DNA of 64,000 nucleotides from the human T2T-CHM13v2.0 reference genome, Homo sapiens. The notes under the pieces were generated by a model. That model was not told where the DNA came from and searched no databases. It saw only the letters and a list, made by a program, of their open reading frames with translations. The position numbers and the translations under genes were made by a program. The stretch is from assembly GCF_009914755.1 (NCBI RefSeq), contig NC_060930.1; one strand, 5' to 3'. This document shows, piece by piece, positions 1 to 18,290 of this stretch; the first letter of the stretch is position 1; every line of letters starts with the position of its first letter.

Positions 1-434
1 GGAATGATATTCAGATGGGCTCATTTCAGGTCAACGTGGTTATGCTGTTTTCTTCCTAAGTTGTTTTTACCCCAAATCTTCTGAAAACTAGAAGTTTATG
101 GTTAAAAAACAACAGGTTTTAGTACTAGCTATTGGCTTTTTTCTTTTATTTTGCATTTGGATATTAATTTTCTCGGTTATATATTATACAGAAAACAGTT
201 TCTCAAAAAAAAAATTCCCTCTTTTTCTTTTCTCTCTCCTTCACCCAGTGACTTCTGATTTGGCCTTTGAGCCTCCAACACTCTCAGCCATCCCATCTGC
301 TCACCCCACCTGAAATCCCAGTTCCCCTCCTTTGAGCTCATATTGCATTTGGGACATTATCGTCTCTTGATTAATTCACTTGTCTGTCTGCCCACCTACA
401 CCGTAAACCTATAGAGGAAAATAACAAAGAAATA

Positions 435-507
435 CTTGTGTTTATATCCCCAGTTCTCAGTACAGTCTCTGGCACATGGAAAGGGCTGAAATATTTTAGT
501 AAATGAA
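435..507 (+). mobile_element. L2 LINE 3'-end fragment
   Basis: 'tatatccccagttctcagtacagtctctggcacatgg...atattttagtaaatgaa' resembles the L2 3' terminus. Confidence 0.6.
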
Positions 508-752
508 AGTTATCAAAGTTATGAAACTTCAGATTTCACTGGAAGAGTGTTTTCTTCCAATGAAATCCTGTTTCAATGCAATTTACGTAGTAGTGCTTGC
601 CTGCCCACCCACTGTTCTGCTCCTAGAAGGGTGAAGTGCAGGGGTGGAAATGCTTTTAAGTGTGAAGGTCTGCTCAGCATTCAGCTCATCCTTCAAGGTA
701 ACTTTTCAATTTCCCCTCCGGAGAAAGCGTCTGAAAACAGAAGTGGTCTGCT

Positions 753-770
753 CTGCTCTCTAGCGGTGGC
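753..770 (-). promoter_or_regulatory. Candidate CTCF motif
   Basis: Minus strand reads GCCA-CCGCTAGAGAGCAG, one mismatch to the CCRSYAGRKGGCRS core; non-repeat context. Confidence 0.3.
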
Positions 771-1077
771 CCTGTGGCAGAACACTTTTAAAGATTGTCT
801 TTGGAACTGCTATGTCAACGCTCTCCAGAGTGGTATTGGAATGCCAGTCTGTATAATAACCTGTATATTACCCAGTTATTATTTCAGCTTTTCGCCACTG
901 TTTTCTGTAAGGGAGTCCTTTGCTCAAGGGTCTGTAGTTATATTCAGCAAGAACACCTCCCCAGAAGGAGGTTTGTGTGTTGAAGAACAGAGTCCTCAGC
1001 ACTAGAAATCTCGGAGGGGTTCCTGGCAGCATCCCACAGGCCACTTGAAATGTGTTTTTTTCTTTCATACTCCACAT

Positions 1078-1611
<534 letters not shown>

Positions 1612-2028
1612 CTCTAGATATTTTTCCTTACGGTACTGGAGCATTTGGGGAGATCAGGGCTGAGTAAGGCTCTAGGCATTACAGTCCCTCAGGGTTCATA
1701 TTAAAATAAAATTCTACAATAATGACCCAATGTGGCCCAATACAGCTGACCCACAGTACATTATGAGGTATTTAATCAACTCTCTTTGGCTTAAAGAAAA
1801 TATTTTTGTTTCTGAGTTTTATCGTGGTTGATAGTGGTGGTGTAGCAATTTGCTTATTTGTTTGCTGGGCTTTTTAATCAATCATGACGATAGAAAGCTG
1901 TTGTTGGGGCTTAAGGGAAGAAATGACAACCTAATCTGAAATGTCACCAAAGCCAGCAACTGTGGGGAACCTACCAAATAAAATCTGTTGATAAGATAAA
2001 AGGCTATTCGGATTCTGATCTGACAACC

Positions 2029-2064
2029 TTTTTTTTTTTTTCTTTTTTTTCTTTTTTTTTTTTT
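2029..2064 (+). repeat. Poly-T / polypyrimidine tract
   Basis: ~36 nt almost pure T. Confidence 0.95.
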
Positions 2065-3285
2065 AGATAGGGGCTATGTGATGCGGAAGGTAAGGGAAGG
2101 TAGAGAAAAGTGTATAATATCTGCAAAAAGATCATTCCCATTGCCTGTATACACCACTGTTTCGTATGGACTGCATTTTTGCTGGCAAACTGCAAACACT
2201 TTCTCCAAACTGCAGACACATTTTGAGTCCCAACAATGTGCATGGTTCACAAAGCAATTTGTAGTCATGGTTTCTTTTACAAAATGATGATGTTTAAGAA
2301 CATCTTGTAATTAGGTCAAAGGAAAACAGTGTTTATTCTATGAGCTGAGGATAGGCTGCAAGTCTGAGTTCTAATTAACACAGTGGTTGATTCACTAATG
2401 CCAAGTGTCTGTTGTTAATGAAGACATGAAAGCAGTCCCGCAGGTAACATTTTGTAAGGGGCTTCTTTACAGCAGCAGTTCACTTGGGCAAACAATGACA
2501 GCAATCCACACCCTCATCCAGTCTAATGAAATGCGTAGCTATTTACTGGATTCTTTTTACCTCAAACCCACTTGGGAGAAAATAGAGATTTTTCCCAATA
2601 AATGTGTACGGTAAGGCCTTTGGAAATATGCAAGTATTCATAGCTACAAGTATTAAACCATGCACTTTGAGCCAGTACGAATAGCAGCAAGGCTTAAGAG
2701 AGAAGGCTTTTTAAAAAATTTTTTTTATTTTTTATTTTTTTTCTAATGCTAGATCACAATGGACTTCATCAGAGCCCTGGAGAGCTAGAGTCAGAATAGG
2801 CCAAAGCAGGAACTCTTGCTCCACATTATGCTTTCTTTTTGCAGCATTAAGGCTTTGGCTGAAATGCTAATGATGAAAACAATCTCCTTGGGAACCTGTA
2901 GGTTTCCACCTTGTCCCAGGCCTGGAGAGATTAAAATGTTATGACAGTTGTGAAGTCCCTTTCTGGCAAAGCTCCATGATCTTGTGAAAAGTGTCAAAGG
3001 AGATGAATGAAAACAAAGAACTTCACCTGACCTCCAAGTGGAAGGCTGAAGTAAAAAGTTAACCCTAGTCACTCCACTGTGGCAGAAATGTTACATATTC
3101 CTGCTGCCAAAATTCCTCAGTCCACTCTTGAAAACACAACAAACACATTCTCTCTCTCTCTCTCTAACTTCTTTTAGTCTTTCTGCAGAGCATGTTTTCT
3201 TTCTGGTGTTTCTTTATATGGGAGACAGGTAAAGGAGAGAAAGGATTGTTTAAGTGGATGAACCAGGCTGTATTTAAGAATTTTA

Positions 3286-3581
<296 letters not shown>

Positions 3582-3675
3582 TTAATCCTCTTGCCAAAGG
3601 CATATGTCTAGATATCACATGGCTCTGACATCAGTAAGTTTATTATTTAAAATTTAAGAAAAATATATATATATA

Positions 3676-3795
3676 TTTTTAGAAATAGAGATGGGGCCTC
3701 GCTATGTTGCCCAGGCTGGTCTTGGACTCCTGGGTGATTCTACTGCCTTGGCTTCCCAAAGTGCTGGGATTACAGATGGGAACCACTGTGACTGG
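3676..3795 (-). mobile_element. FLAM/AluJ left monomer
   Basis: 'gctatgttgcccaggctggtcttggactcctggg...cccaaagtgctgggattacag'. Confidence 0.85.
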
Positions 3796-5223
3796 ATGAT
3801 TAGTAAATTTAGACACGAACCCAAACTAAACCCACTCTCAGCTCCTACCTTTCCCTGTTGTCCAGAGCTGCCTGCACTCATTCCTTCCTCCCTTTACTGG
3901 CATCTGTTACCTTTCTACTCTTGAAGGAAAGCTTACTTCGCGATAATTTTCCTTCTCCATCTGTTTCTCTTGGCTCTGCAACTCATAAGACAGGATTGGA
4001 GAAAATATCACATGGATCACATAGTTTTGCATTTCAGAGACTCTAATGCAGTCATCTGGTGCTAGTCAAAGAATCTCAAAAGATCCACTTCCTCCTGAGT
4101 CTTCAATCTTGATGTGAGATAAGGGAAGGTCAAATGTGGTTTCCATTTTTAAAATATGGGTTACTGAGGCTGAAAATCTGAAAAAAGCCAGCTCCAAGCA
4201 TTTGCTATCTTCACCATTTTTTTTCTCTACTCTCCCTTCAATTACTTTTCCTTCCTTGCTATTTCAATGCAGAATTTTCCGTGAGGAAGTTCCCAGCCCT
4301 TCCACCTTCCACCCTTTTAGCAGATCACCAGTAGGTTCCTGTATTGCAACAAGGGATATTTGAAGGTTTTACTTCCTAGCAGTGATAAGCTGGTGGGTGA
4401 GGGCCTTCTCAGTTCCCTAGGATCATGCCCCAGCAGAGACTACCTCGAGGTGAATGTGGTCAAGTTTTCCCTGGAAAAGGCAGTCATTCCAAAAGCCTGT
4501 TCTGGGACTTGGCTCAGTCACTAGCACAACCTGCAAAGTGTGGATTTTTTTTTTTTTTTTTTAACAATAGACTGACAACGGTTACTGGTATGAAATTTCT
4601 TTCCCTTCATTTGCTTTTCACCTCAGAGTGATTTCTTTTTGCTTTAATCAAGCAGCTACTGTGTTCTTGAAATACAACTTTTTTTTAAAATGCAATTTTT
4701 TTTTTTCAGATTGTGTCAAAGGATGGAACAAACCTGGAAGAGGTAAAATCTGGGTCCCTGTTTTTTATCTGCCACTTGAGAGCTGTGTGAACTTGAGCAA
4801 GTCATATCCATTCCTTCTTCAAACATGAGAGTGCCTGGTATATGCCAGGCACTGGGACACAATGATGAGGAGGCATAGGAAATTGACCCAAGAAATTGGC
4901 CATTACACTTGCTCTAAAGATTTGGCCAAGATACCCAAGAGCAGACAGGAGAAAACCTCTAAGTCTGCTTGGAGGATGGGGAGGATCTTTTATAAAACAG
5001 GTAGAAAAACGTTGGCTCTGGTGCTGTGAAATACTTTGTCAACTGCACTAGAACACAGCGCTTTTTAAGAGCACTTTATTGGTTTGAAAATTATACAGTT
5101 CATTTGTATTAGTGATACTTACAATTTGATCACGCAAATGTGAATTTCAAAGTCTAAAGTTAACAAATATCTCTATCTGCCTCCCAAAGAATAGAAAGAC
5201 TTTAGAACACTCTAAGCCAATAA

Positions 5224-5963
<740 letters not shown>

Positions 5964-7619
5964 TTTGATAACTATGCATCTCAAAGATATTAGTACACTT
6001 ACAGTGTTGCTTATATCAATGTAATTATTGTTCATTTTGGTTAACTGACTTTTTGCTTATGAAGATCTTTGTCTTTGACATTTTGTTGTTTCATTACATT
6101 TTGTTTTGTTGTTGACACTAGGAATGAACTTATTTTTATTTTTCTTGATCAGGACTTTTTAAACTTTGTGAATCAGACGATTTATGTTTCAAATATTTTA
6201 GACAATTTAGTCATTGCATCTTCAAATTTTGCCTCTTCCCCATTTTTTCCATGTTTTCCTTCTGGAACTTTTACTGGATATCTTTTCATTTTATCCTCTA
6301 CATCTCTCCCTTTTTATTCATGTTTTTTGTCTCAATCTCTTTGGAATTCATGCTCAGAGCTATCTTCCAGTTTGCTAATGCTTACTCCAGTTGCATATTC
6401 CAACTAATGCTATTCCAGCCAATGTTATCTTCCAGCTTCCTTTGCTCTTTCTAATGCGTCAATTAAGTTTTCAGCTTCAATGAATATACTTTTCTTTTCT
6501 AAGCACTGTGTTTATTCCGTCAACTTTGCAGTTGCATTTTTCTCCTTTTTTTTTTTTTATTGTGTTACGTCTTTAATCATTCTAAAGATACCTGTTTTAT
6601 TGCCTATGTCTGACTCACCGGAAATTCCTAGGTATCCAGTCATGCTGTTTGTGGTATCTGCTGCCTCTTGCTCCTGGTAGCTTGAGTGTTTCATAAATAT
6701 AGATTGCGAATTTATCAACACTGAGCCTTTATCTGTGAGGATCCTGTGAGGCCTGGATCGAAGGTGTGATTCTGCAGCAAAGTTTTACAACTGCCTCCGT
6801 CGAATGCCCCATGGGTAGAAAACCAGGCTTCATTTTTACATGAATTGCTTGATTGAGAGTTCTTGAGCTATAAAAGATAAGCCCTGAATCCACGTGGGGG
6901 CAGGTCTTGATCAGGAACACTCAGGGCAGACTTTCTTTTTCCTCACTCAGAACCCAGACTGAAATAAACAAAATACCTTGTCATCTCCCTGTCAGTGGGT
7001 GGATTTATTTAAGGACCTCTCTATTACTGAAAATAGAGTCCTTCAAGAGTCCCCTACTGGTGTTTCAGTTCCAGCTCCCAGCCTTATATATGTGTGGAGC
7101 CAGGACCTCATCTGCCATCTCCATGCATGCATTGGCTCTGAGCTAGTGCGATGGCGCCCCCTTCCTGTCTCCCACTTCCCTCCCAGGACAACCACAGGCT
7201 TCCTGTCTCTGTACTGCTCTGGTTTGTGACCTGTTTCAATTTTAGCTCCTGAACATTTCTTGTACTATCTTATAAAGTCAGTGCTTTTAAAAGTATGTTT
7301 TGTATATTTTTTTCCAACATTTCTAGATGTTTTATAATGGAGGCTCTACATTTTTCTATATTGTTAGAAATGTAAACTCTTATATATACTTTTACGAATA
7401 GATCCCAAAGAAGTTTTTAACTTGGTGAAATCATCTTGTTATGTGAAAAGGTGGCCGTCATAGCTGGCTAACATGCTAAAGAGGATTAGCCTTGGTGAAC
7501 ATGCTACTAACTCAAAAAGTTATAATAGGGTGCTTGAGATAATACAGGGGAAAGGTAATGCCTTTTGAGGACTAGATAGTCAAGCAGAATATCGTAAACT
7601 GAAGGAATCTTGGAGATTA

Positions 7620-7950
7620 ATGTATTCATTCATTCATTCATTCATTCATTCATCAGTTACCTGATGCATGCCTATGACCCAGAAACTGTTGGGTAACATG
7701 CAGTTTCTTCTCATCAAGATCATCTTCTGTAGCACACGGTGAATAATAAACAGATGATTAAGTAACATAGTTATAGACGGTGATAAAAGCTGCACACTTT
7801 TAAGATGAAGACTGGGAGGCATCAGCCTCCATGAAGAAGTAACAGTTGAGCTGAACCCTAAATCATGAGAAAGAGTTAGCCATGAGAAGAGGAGGAAGCA
7901 GCACCTAGAAGGAAAGGCAATGTGATTCGGTTGGCGGGCGGAAAGCACAG
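7620..7950 (-). mobile_element. L2 fragment with (TTCA)n tail
   Basis: (TTCA)n at 7625-7652 followed by L2-like 'gaagaagtaacagttgagctgaaccc...gagttagcca'. Confidence 0.7.
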
Positions 7951-9619
7951 GAAACCCCAGTGAGAAACCAGAGCAGACAGAGGGTTCTGAGAACACAGAA
8001 ACCAGCTTAGCCAGAGTTGGCCCTGGTGGGACTCTGATTATACCTTCTGTATTCTCCAGTCCTCACCCATCACATACCACTAATGCCCTTGACAGCTGTC
8101 CTATTCAGCCTTGTCTTTAAGCAAGCTGTTATCTACCACATCAAATACCTCCAAGTGCCCACATGAGCCATAAGAAGACCTAGAACACCTGCTTCTGGGG
8201 TATTTTAGACATCTTGCTCCAAATCCATAGAGCCTCTGCAATTAATGAGATTATCTAGGAGTTCTTGCACCTGTTGTTTTTATGTAATTCTGTCTGTGCT
8301 CACTCGAATAACTACTAATTATGTTCTAGCATAATAAATAAAAATTTGCTGTTATGGTTTTAGAAAACAAAGAAAGTGCTTGATATTTAAAAAGTGCTTT
8401 TTATTAGAAAAATCTCTATACTAAATTGTCAAATTTTCATATCTTTTTGTTATATAGGGAGCTATCTATACAGCCCTGCTCAAGTTGACAAGTATATATA
8501 CATGTATGTATACATATATGTATTTATACGAGCCTTAAAAGAAGAAAACAAATTTTATTGTCTTCCTTCTAATATTACTGATGAGTAACTGCATCCTCTC
8601 AATAGTTTGAAAACTATTGTTTACTTGATTTCACTTTATTTTCATAATAATCATGGGAGGTTAATAGTATTATTTCCCTTCTTTACCAGAAAAGGAAATC
8701 AGTTTCCTTTTATGACAATGGTGAAGCAACATAAAATATTACTGAGAATAGATTAAGGATAAAATGTGCATGTTAAGAGTTAAATGTTCGTCTCTGTTCT
8801 AAGCCAATAACACCAACATTTGCATCTCAATTTGTGTGAATTGGGTATTTTAAATAGCTATGTAATTTCCTACCATTATTAGTAGAAAAGCTGTTGTGCA
8901 TGCTTTCTTTTAAAATAAACATGCATTGACCAAAATCTGTTATCGAATACAATATCAAAATCAACATTTCAATTTTTATACATTTTCTTTATCTTATTGT
9001 TTTGAAGGCCTTTCTATAGGAAGCCAAAGTCTTGTGAACACTAGGATGAGATAGATTTCTGAGACATTAATCACATCAGATGGAGTTATTTTCATTAATC
9101 CTTTGTAGAGCAACTGAAAATAGACCTGGAAATGAGTGTTGAAAATGTAAAGCTTAGACATGAGAAGCATTCAGTAGGAGGAGAGTCCTGGCATAGTTGT
9201 GTTTTCCCAGGGCACTGTCTTAATTTAATCTTAGTGCCACAAATGGAGTGGCTCTTTGAAATATTAGGATTTGTCAAGTGACTTTTCTCAGTAATGGTGT
9301 TGCCTCTGCCCATCTGTCAAACTCTTTTCAACACATGTTTAAAGGCAAGTTAGAACACAAATGCAGAACTGAAAAGCATTCTGATATATGTACATTGCAT
9401 TTCGGGTGTTGTTTTACTTGCTCTAGTTAAGTCTCTTCAGTTCTTGATGATAACATACTTGGCCCATGCTAGCTGCCTATAAAACACATCAATAGGAAGA
9501 TAAACTGTTATAGAATCACACACATGTGATTTCTAACCATCCCAATCATTCCTATCCTTCAAAATCCCGGTTATTGCCACATTCCTACTTGACTGTACAA
9601 AATTTTTGACAGGTTGTAT

Positions 9620-9832
9620 ATCAAGTGCTTTATATGTAACATCCATCAAACCTTTACAATTACCCAGTGAACCTGCTACCTTGATTAACCTTTTTTTTTT
9701 TTTTTTAAACAGATAAGGAAACAGAGGTGTGCAGAAGTTAACTACCTTATCCAAGGCCATACAGTCAGGAAGGAATGGGGCAGGATTTGAACCCAGGCAG
9801 TTTCACCCCAGGGCCGGAGTGTTTAGTCACCA
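9620..9832 (-). mobile_element. MIR
   Basis: Core 'acagataaggaaacagagg...ccaaggccatacag...ggatttgaacccaggcag'. Confidence 0.85.
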
Positions 9833-10523
9833 ATAAATGGAATGTTGTTTGCAGATTACGTGCAGAACATGATGCTGGGCATGTCCTCAGAAATCTCATA
9901 TTCTAGTCAGGAAGTAAGTCACCAGTCTAGGAGGAGGAGGCAGGATGCAAAGTCCAAAACCCTTTGCCTACTCCTCATGGCCCTTTATTTTGGGATTCAA
10001 CTTATTTTTCTTACCTAACTGCCTACCACGTACCATTTTCCTGCTTGAACTCTGGACTCATTGTGAGGTGTCTAGAGAAACCCTCACCTTCACAGCTCCA
10101 TGCCTTTGTTTACTTGATGATAATACGTTCTTCTCCATCCCCTACACAAATCTGCTTTTCTCTAGGTGAATCCTAACTACTCTCCACGAAGCTCTTCTTT
10201 CACTTGAACTCATAACATTTCTTCCCTCCTTTTTCAGTAACCATATATGCTAGGTATTATTTCATGTGCTTTACATCTATCCCTGATGCAAGCCTCAAGT
10301 TTACCTAGAAGAGGATACTAGGGAGAAAGAATGGAAAATACAGAGGCCTCAAGTCTGGAGTGTACTAAGCATGTACCAAACCATAGGGAGGTCAGCAGCA
10401 TTTAGGAGATATTTTTTAGCTCCCACTGGGCAAAAATGAGCTATGTGGGTGCTCAAGGCCAGCAATCTATTTCTCCAAGCTGTGTTTGATGGCTCTACAC
10501 TCAGGCTTGCCTAGTGGAGTGGC

Positions 10524-10873
10524 TGTCTTAGTCCATTTGGGCTGCTGTAACAACATACTGAAAACTGGGTGGCTTATAAATAACAGAAATTTATTTCTTA
10601 TAGTTCTAGAGAATGGGAAGACAATGCTCAACCAGTTTGGTGTCTGGTGAGGGCTCACTTTCAGGTTCATGAAAGGCACCTTCTCACTGTGTCCTCACAT
10701 GGTGGAAGGGGAAAGGCAGATGTCAGGGGTCTCTTTTATAAGGGCATTAATCCCATTCAAGAGGCAGAGCCTTCAGTCACTTTCCAAAGACCCTACATCC
10801 TAATGCAATTACCTTGGGGGTTAGGATTTCAACATATAAATTTTGGGAGGACACAGACATTGAGACAACAGCA
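10524..10873 (-). mobile_element. MLT1A-type MaLR solo LTR
   Basis: 'tgtcttagtccatttgggctgctgtaac' to 'ttttgggaggacacagacattgagacaacagca'; TG..CA ends; TSD gtggc/gtggt. Confidence 0.88.
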
Positions 10874-10939
10874 GTGGTTCTTTGGAATCCTATCACTCTA
10901 GTTTTTCAATATCATATGTAACAAAAACTGGGCACAGCT

Positions 10940-12925
10940 ATCATCTAGTAACAAAGCCTTGAAATATATAAAACAATATTTTCAGAACTAAAATGAGAAA
11001 TAGACAAATCCATAATCATAAGGGGAGATTTTGGCACTCCTCTTTTAGTAAAGAATATAAATAGAATGAATAGACCAAAAAATAGTAAAAACATAAGGGT
11101 TTGAAGAACATGATTAACAAACTTGATCTAATTGATACATGCATGTTGAAAACTGATACCCAACAAGAGCAGACTAGAATTTTTTTTCAAGTACATGTTC
11201 TATAGAATTTTATTTAAAAATTTGACCATATGCTTGACCATAAAGGAAGCCTTAACAAAGATTAAGAAACTGAAATAATATGGAATATGCTTTCTGACCA
11301 CATATAATTAAACGAGCAATAAATAACAAAAATGCCATACTAAAACCTCCCAGTTTTAGAAGTTAATAATGTACTACTAAATGATTCAATAGGTCAAACC
11401 AAAATCACAATAGGAATGAGAAGACATTTTATATTTAATATATTAAAAATGTAACATATCAAAATGGGTGGGCTGAATCCGAGTCTATGATTCAAGGGAA
11501 ATTTATAGGCTTAAATAAAGCATTAGGGAAATAGAATCATGTAAGTATCCATTTCAAGAAGTTTGAAAAAGAAAAGCAAATTTTAACTCAAAAAAAGTAA
11601 ATTAGGTAAATTATAAACAACAAACTAGAAACCAATGGAAAAAATACAAGTACATGTATAATGAGGTTTAACAAATCCAAAGGTTGTATCTTTTTTTTTT
11701 AAGAGCCTTAAATTGACAAACATCTGGCCAGTCTGATCAAGAAGAGAGAGTGAGAATGTGCAAATAAATAATTTCAAGAATGAAAACTCATTTAAAAAAA
11801 TCCTAAGAGGTCTATGTGACTTTTATGTCAGTAATTTTGAAAATTTAGATAAAATAGACAAATTCATAGAGAATTTCAATGTGCCAAAATCAGAGTGTTG
11901 GAAATAGAAGGATTTGAATAGTTTTATATCTGTTAAAGAAATTGAGTCCATAACTAAAAATTTTCCCATCCTAGATGCTTCCCTAGTGAAGTTTACCAAA
12001 TATTTAAAGAAGTAATCATATCAAATTTATAAAAACTTTTCCAGAAAGTTAAAAAAGAACAAGTACTTCCCAAATAATTTTGTAAGACCAACATATCCTT
12101 GATTCTCAAACCTGACAAGAACATACAAGAAAAAAATAACAAGTCACTGTCTCTTGTGAACATATAAGCAAAAACTCTAAAATAAATAAATAAAAGAATC
12201 AAATCCAGTGTTACACAAAAAGAATAATGCATCATGACCAAAGTGGGTTTATTTCAGATATGTAAGATTGTTTTTAGATTAAAAAATCAATATAATTTAC
12301 TGCAGTAACAGAATTTAAAAATCATATGACCATCTTGATAGATGCAGTAAAAATTTTTTATAAAACTCAAGATTCATTTATTAAAAAAACTCTTGCCTTC
12401 ACAAAGATCTCTAGATAAACCCCATTAAAAATATCATAGTTAATATTAAGAGCTTTTCCTCTAAAATCAGGAATGAGGCAAGGATGGTTGCTTTTTTTCC
12501 ACATTATTTTGTAGGTTCTAGCTAGTGCATCAAAGTTAGAAAAAGAAATAAAGAAACCCTATTAGAGGACTGGAAATTAAGAAATGAATCTGTCATTATT
12601 CATATATAATTATACACATAGAAAAATCCAAAAGAACTACAGAAAAACTATTACAATTAAAAGAGGAATTAACCAAGGCCACTGAATACATAGTCAATAA
12701 ACAAAGTCCTGTACTTAGTTTCTATATGTAATTAAGTTTCTATATGCTAGTAACAAGCAATTAGAAAATAAAAATTTTAACAAAATATCATTTATCAACA
12801 GCATAGAAAAGTCACATGTCAAAGAATCAATCTAAAAAATTTGTAAGACCTCTACACAGAAAACTACAAAACATTATTGGGAGAAATTAAAGATGATCTC
12901 ACTAAATGGAGGGATGTATCATATT
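10940..12925 (+). mobile_element. Old L1M ORF2 fragment
   Basis: A-rich decayed EN/RT sequence, e.g. 'catcatgaccaaagtgggtttatttcag', 'catcttgatagatgcag'. Confidence 0.85.
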
Positions 12926-13945
12926 GTTACTTCTGTCACATTCTGATAGTTAGAGAAAGTCACAAAGTTAACCCAGATTCAGTGCGGGAGGGGACTATGC
13001 AAGGACATGAATTCCATGAGGTGTGGTTCACTGAGAGCCATCTTTGGAGATTAGCTGCAGAGTTCATGTTCTGGCCTTTTATGTTTTACATTCTTCACCG
13101 GTGAAATACACTTACACTTATCTCCCTTTGGACTCCCAAAGCCTCATCCCATTATGGCACCAGCTCAAAGTCCAGTATCTTATCATCTAAATCATGTTGG
13201 CAAATCCAGATAGGGCTCTTCAGATGTGTTCCCTCTGGTACTGCTCCTTTGGTGTGGGTCCTTGGGTGCAGATACTGAATTGTACAGATTGTGAATTAAA
13301 AATTCTAGCTCTCTCAAACCTCATCACCAACACACATATACACTCCCATATATACATAACATACATTCATAAGATAGGGCTAGGATAAACAAATAGACAC
13401 TTGCATTTAAAAGGGGGGCATGAATAGGAGGCACAAAGCAAGCACCCATCCACAGCAATTCCAACATCCTCTGAGCACATGTGACCAGCCCTGCTACTTG
13501 GGAGTGATTCTCCGTGGCTCTTGGCTCCGCCCTCCATGACATCCTGCCTTTTTCATTAGAAACGACCCACGCTTGCAACTGAGAAACTTTCGTAACCTGC
13601 TTAAGAAAGCAGTGGCTCTTGCCTCCGCCCTCCGTGACATCCTGCCTTTTTCATTAGGAACGACCCATGCTTGCAACTGAGAAAGTTTCTTAACCTGCTT
13701 ATTCCCCATAGAAGTTTGAGGACCCAGAAACTTCTTTCATTTTGAACTGTCTCAATCTTTTTCAGCTCAAGCTGATACAGTTCTTTTGGAAATGTTGTGG
13801 TTTTCTGAGATATCCAATGATAAATCAGCTCTCTTAGATAAAAGCCCCTCTGTACTTTGCTGCTTCACTTATCTATAACTCTGCAACAAACTCCCCAAAC
13901 TAAGTGGCCTAAAATAACAATATATTTTTTATGATTCTGTGAGCT
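12926..13945 (-). mobile_element. MLT1 (H/J-like) LTR and internal fragments
   Basis: LTR-like 'ttctgtcacattctgatagttagag...acccagattcag...ggactatgcaaggacatgaat' followed by MLT1-int-like sequence. Confidence 0.65.
13514..13701 (+). repeat. 90-bp tandem duplication (13514-13603, 13612-13701) with 8-nt spacer
   Basis: Copies differ at 6 of 90 positions. Confidence 0.95.
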
Positions 13946-13986
13946 TTCTGGAAAATATTGAAAAATTAGACTACATTAAAACTATA

Positions 13987-15010
<1,024 letters not shown>

Positions 15011-15362
15011 ACCTTGAATGAAAGTCCACTTTACAAAGGGGTACATGTTTTGAAATTTTAATTTAGCAGAGCATACAAAGGGGAATAATCAGTTGTTCCT
15101 GGGAGAGTCCTGATAGCTGAGTTATGAATGAGGAGGAGAAGTGTATCATGCAACCAGGGAGGGGCAAGAAGGAATCCCAGGAAGAGGAAGCATCTTGAAC
15201 CAAGGAATGAAAGTGCAAAACAGTTTGACATAAACTGGGACTCTCCAAGCAATTCATATAGGCTAGGAGGAAGGAGGGTGAGATAGATGGAAGAGGGAGG
15301 AAAGCCCCACGCCAAGTATTTTCAATTTTATTATGCTTTCGGAAGATATTGATAGGTTTTAA

Positions 15363-15708
<346 letters not shown>

Positions 15709-15739
15709 TCTGGTTGGCATTTAAAAAAATATCTCAAGT

Positions 15740-16129
<390 letters not shown>

Positions 16130-16872
16130 CTACACCCTCCCACCTTTTTTTCAGAGTTCTTCCTTCATCCAACTCCAAAGCTTAAGAGAATGAGAGGTCA
16201 GATCATGGAAAATAATGAAGCTCATGGAGGCACTCAGCCTCTTCATGTCCTTGATCTCATTAGAACCAGAAAATCATCGATGATCAAAACTGGAAAACAG
16301 GTACAAAATTCTTAGTGAAAATTGCTCCACTGAAACGTCATAATGGTGATGGAGGGATTGTCCCAAAACCAAAATACCGGAAAAGACATGTACTCTAAAG
16401 TATCTGTCCATGTACTCAATTGCTACAACTGGTTTTTCCTGTCCTTCATCAAGTCAAAGCTAGCTGTTCCTAGGCTTTTCTTCTTAAAAACCAGTTTTAC
16501 CTGTTATGATACTTTGCCTGCTATAGCTAGATTTTTAAAGACATATTTTCCCCATACTTGCAAACTGGAAAACCTGCCTTGTTAAAGTCAGGTAACTGGG
16601 AATGTAATTAGCATATAAATAGATGTTCAACGTCACTATTTATCAGATAATTGCTAGTTAAATAAAATATTTCATAGCTATCATATTGAGAAAAGATTTA
16701 AAGGTCTGATAATGCAACTGTTGGAAAAGGAAACTTATACACTGCAGAAGAGATTGAAAATTGGTTTGACCATTCTGGAGTGGAATTTGTTTATATGTTT
16801 TAGAGCTAAAGATGCACTTATTCATCAAGCCAGAAATTCAACTTGCAAGTAGAAACCATGCAGAAAGTCTCA

Positions 16873-17262
<390 letters not shown>

Positions 17263-17449
17263 AAATAAAATTTTAAAACAGACATACAAAATACAGAACT
17301 CAATATTCTGTATTATTGGATTCAATAGACATAAAAGTACTCAGTTGGATTGCTATTAAAGTTTCTAAATTAATATTGTCAATTTCTGTACTTAATTAGT
17401 TATGAACTGGTAGCGATCTTCAGGTCATGGTTTGAGAAGCTCACAGGAA

Positions 17450-18290
<841 letters not shown>

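Noticed and set aside
547-1005. 152-aa ORF
   Set aside because: GTG start, no recognisable domain, composition typical of non-coding frames
7145-7168. Second CTCF-like motif (AGGGGGCGC on - strand)
   Set aside because: 5' half does not match the motif, and it lies in probable L1 sequence
13514-13701. Direct repeats read as a CRISPR-like array
   Set aside because: Only two long units, no spacer series, mammalian context
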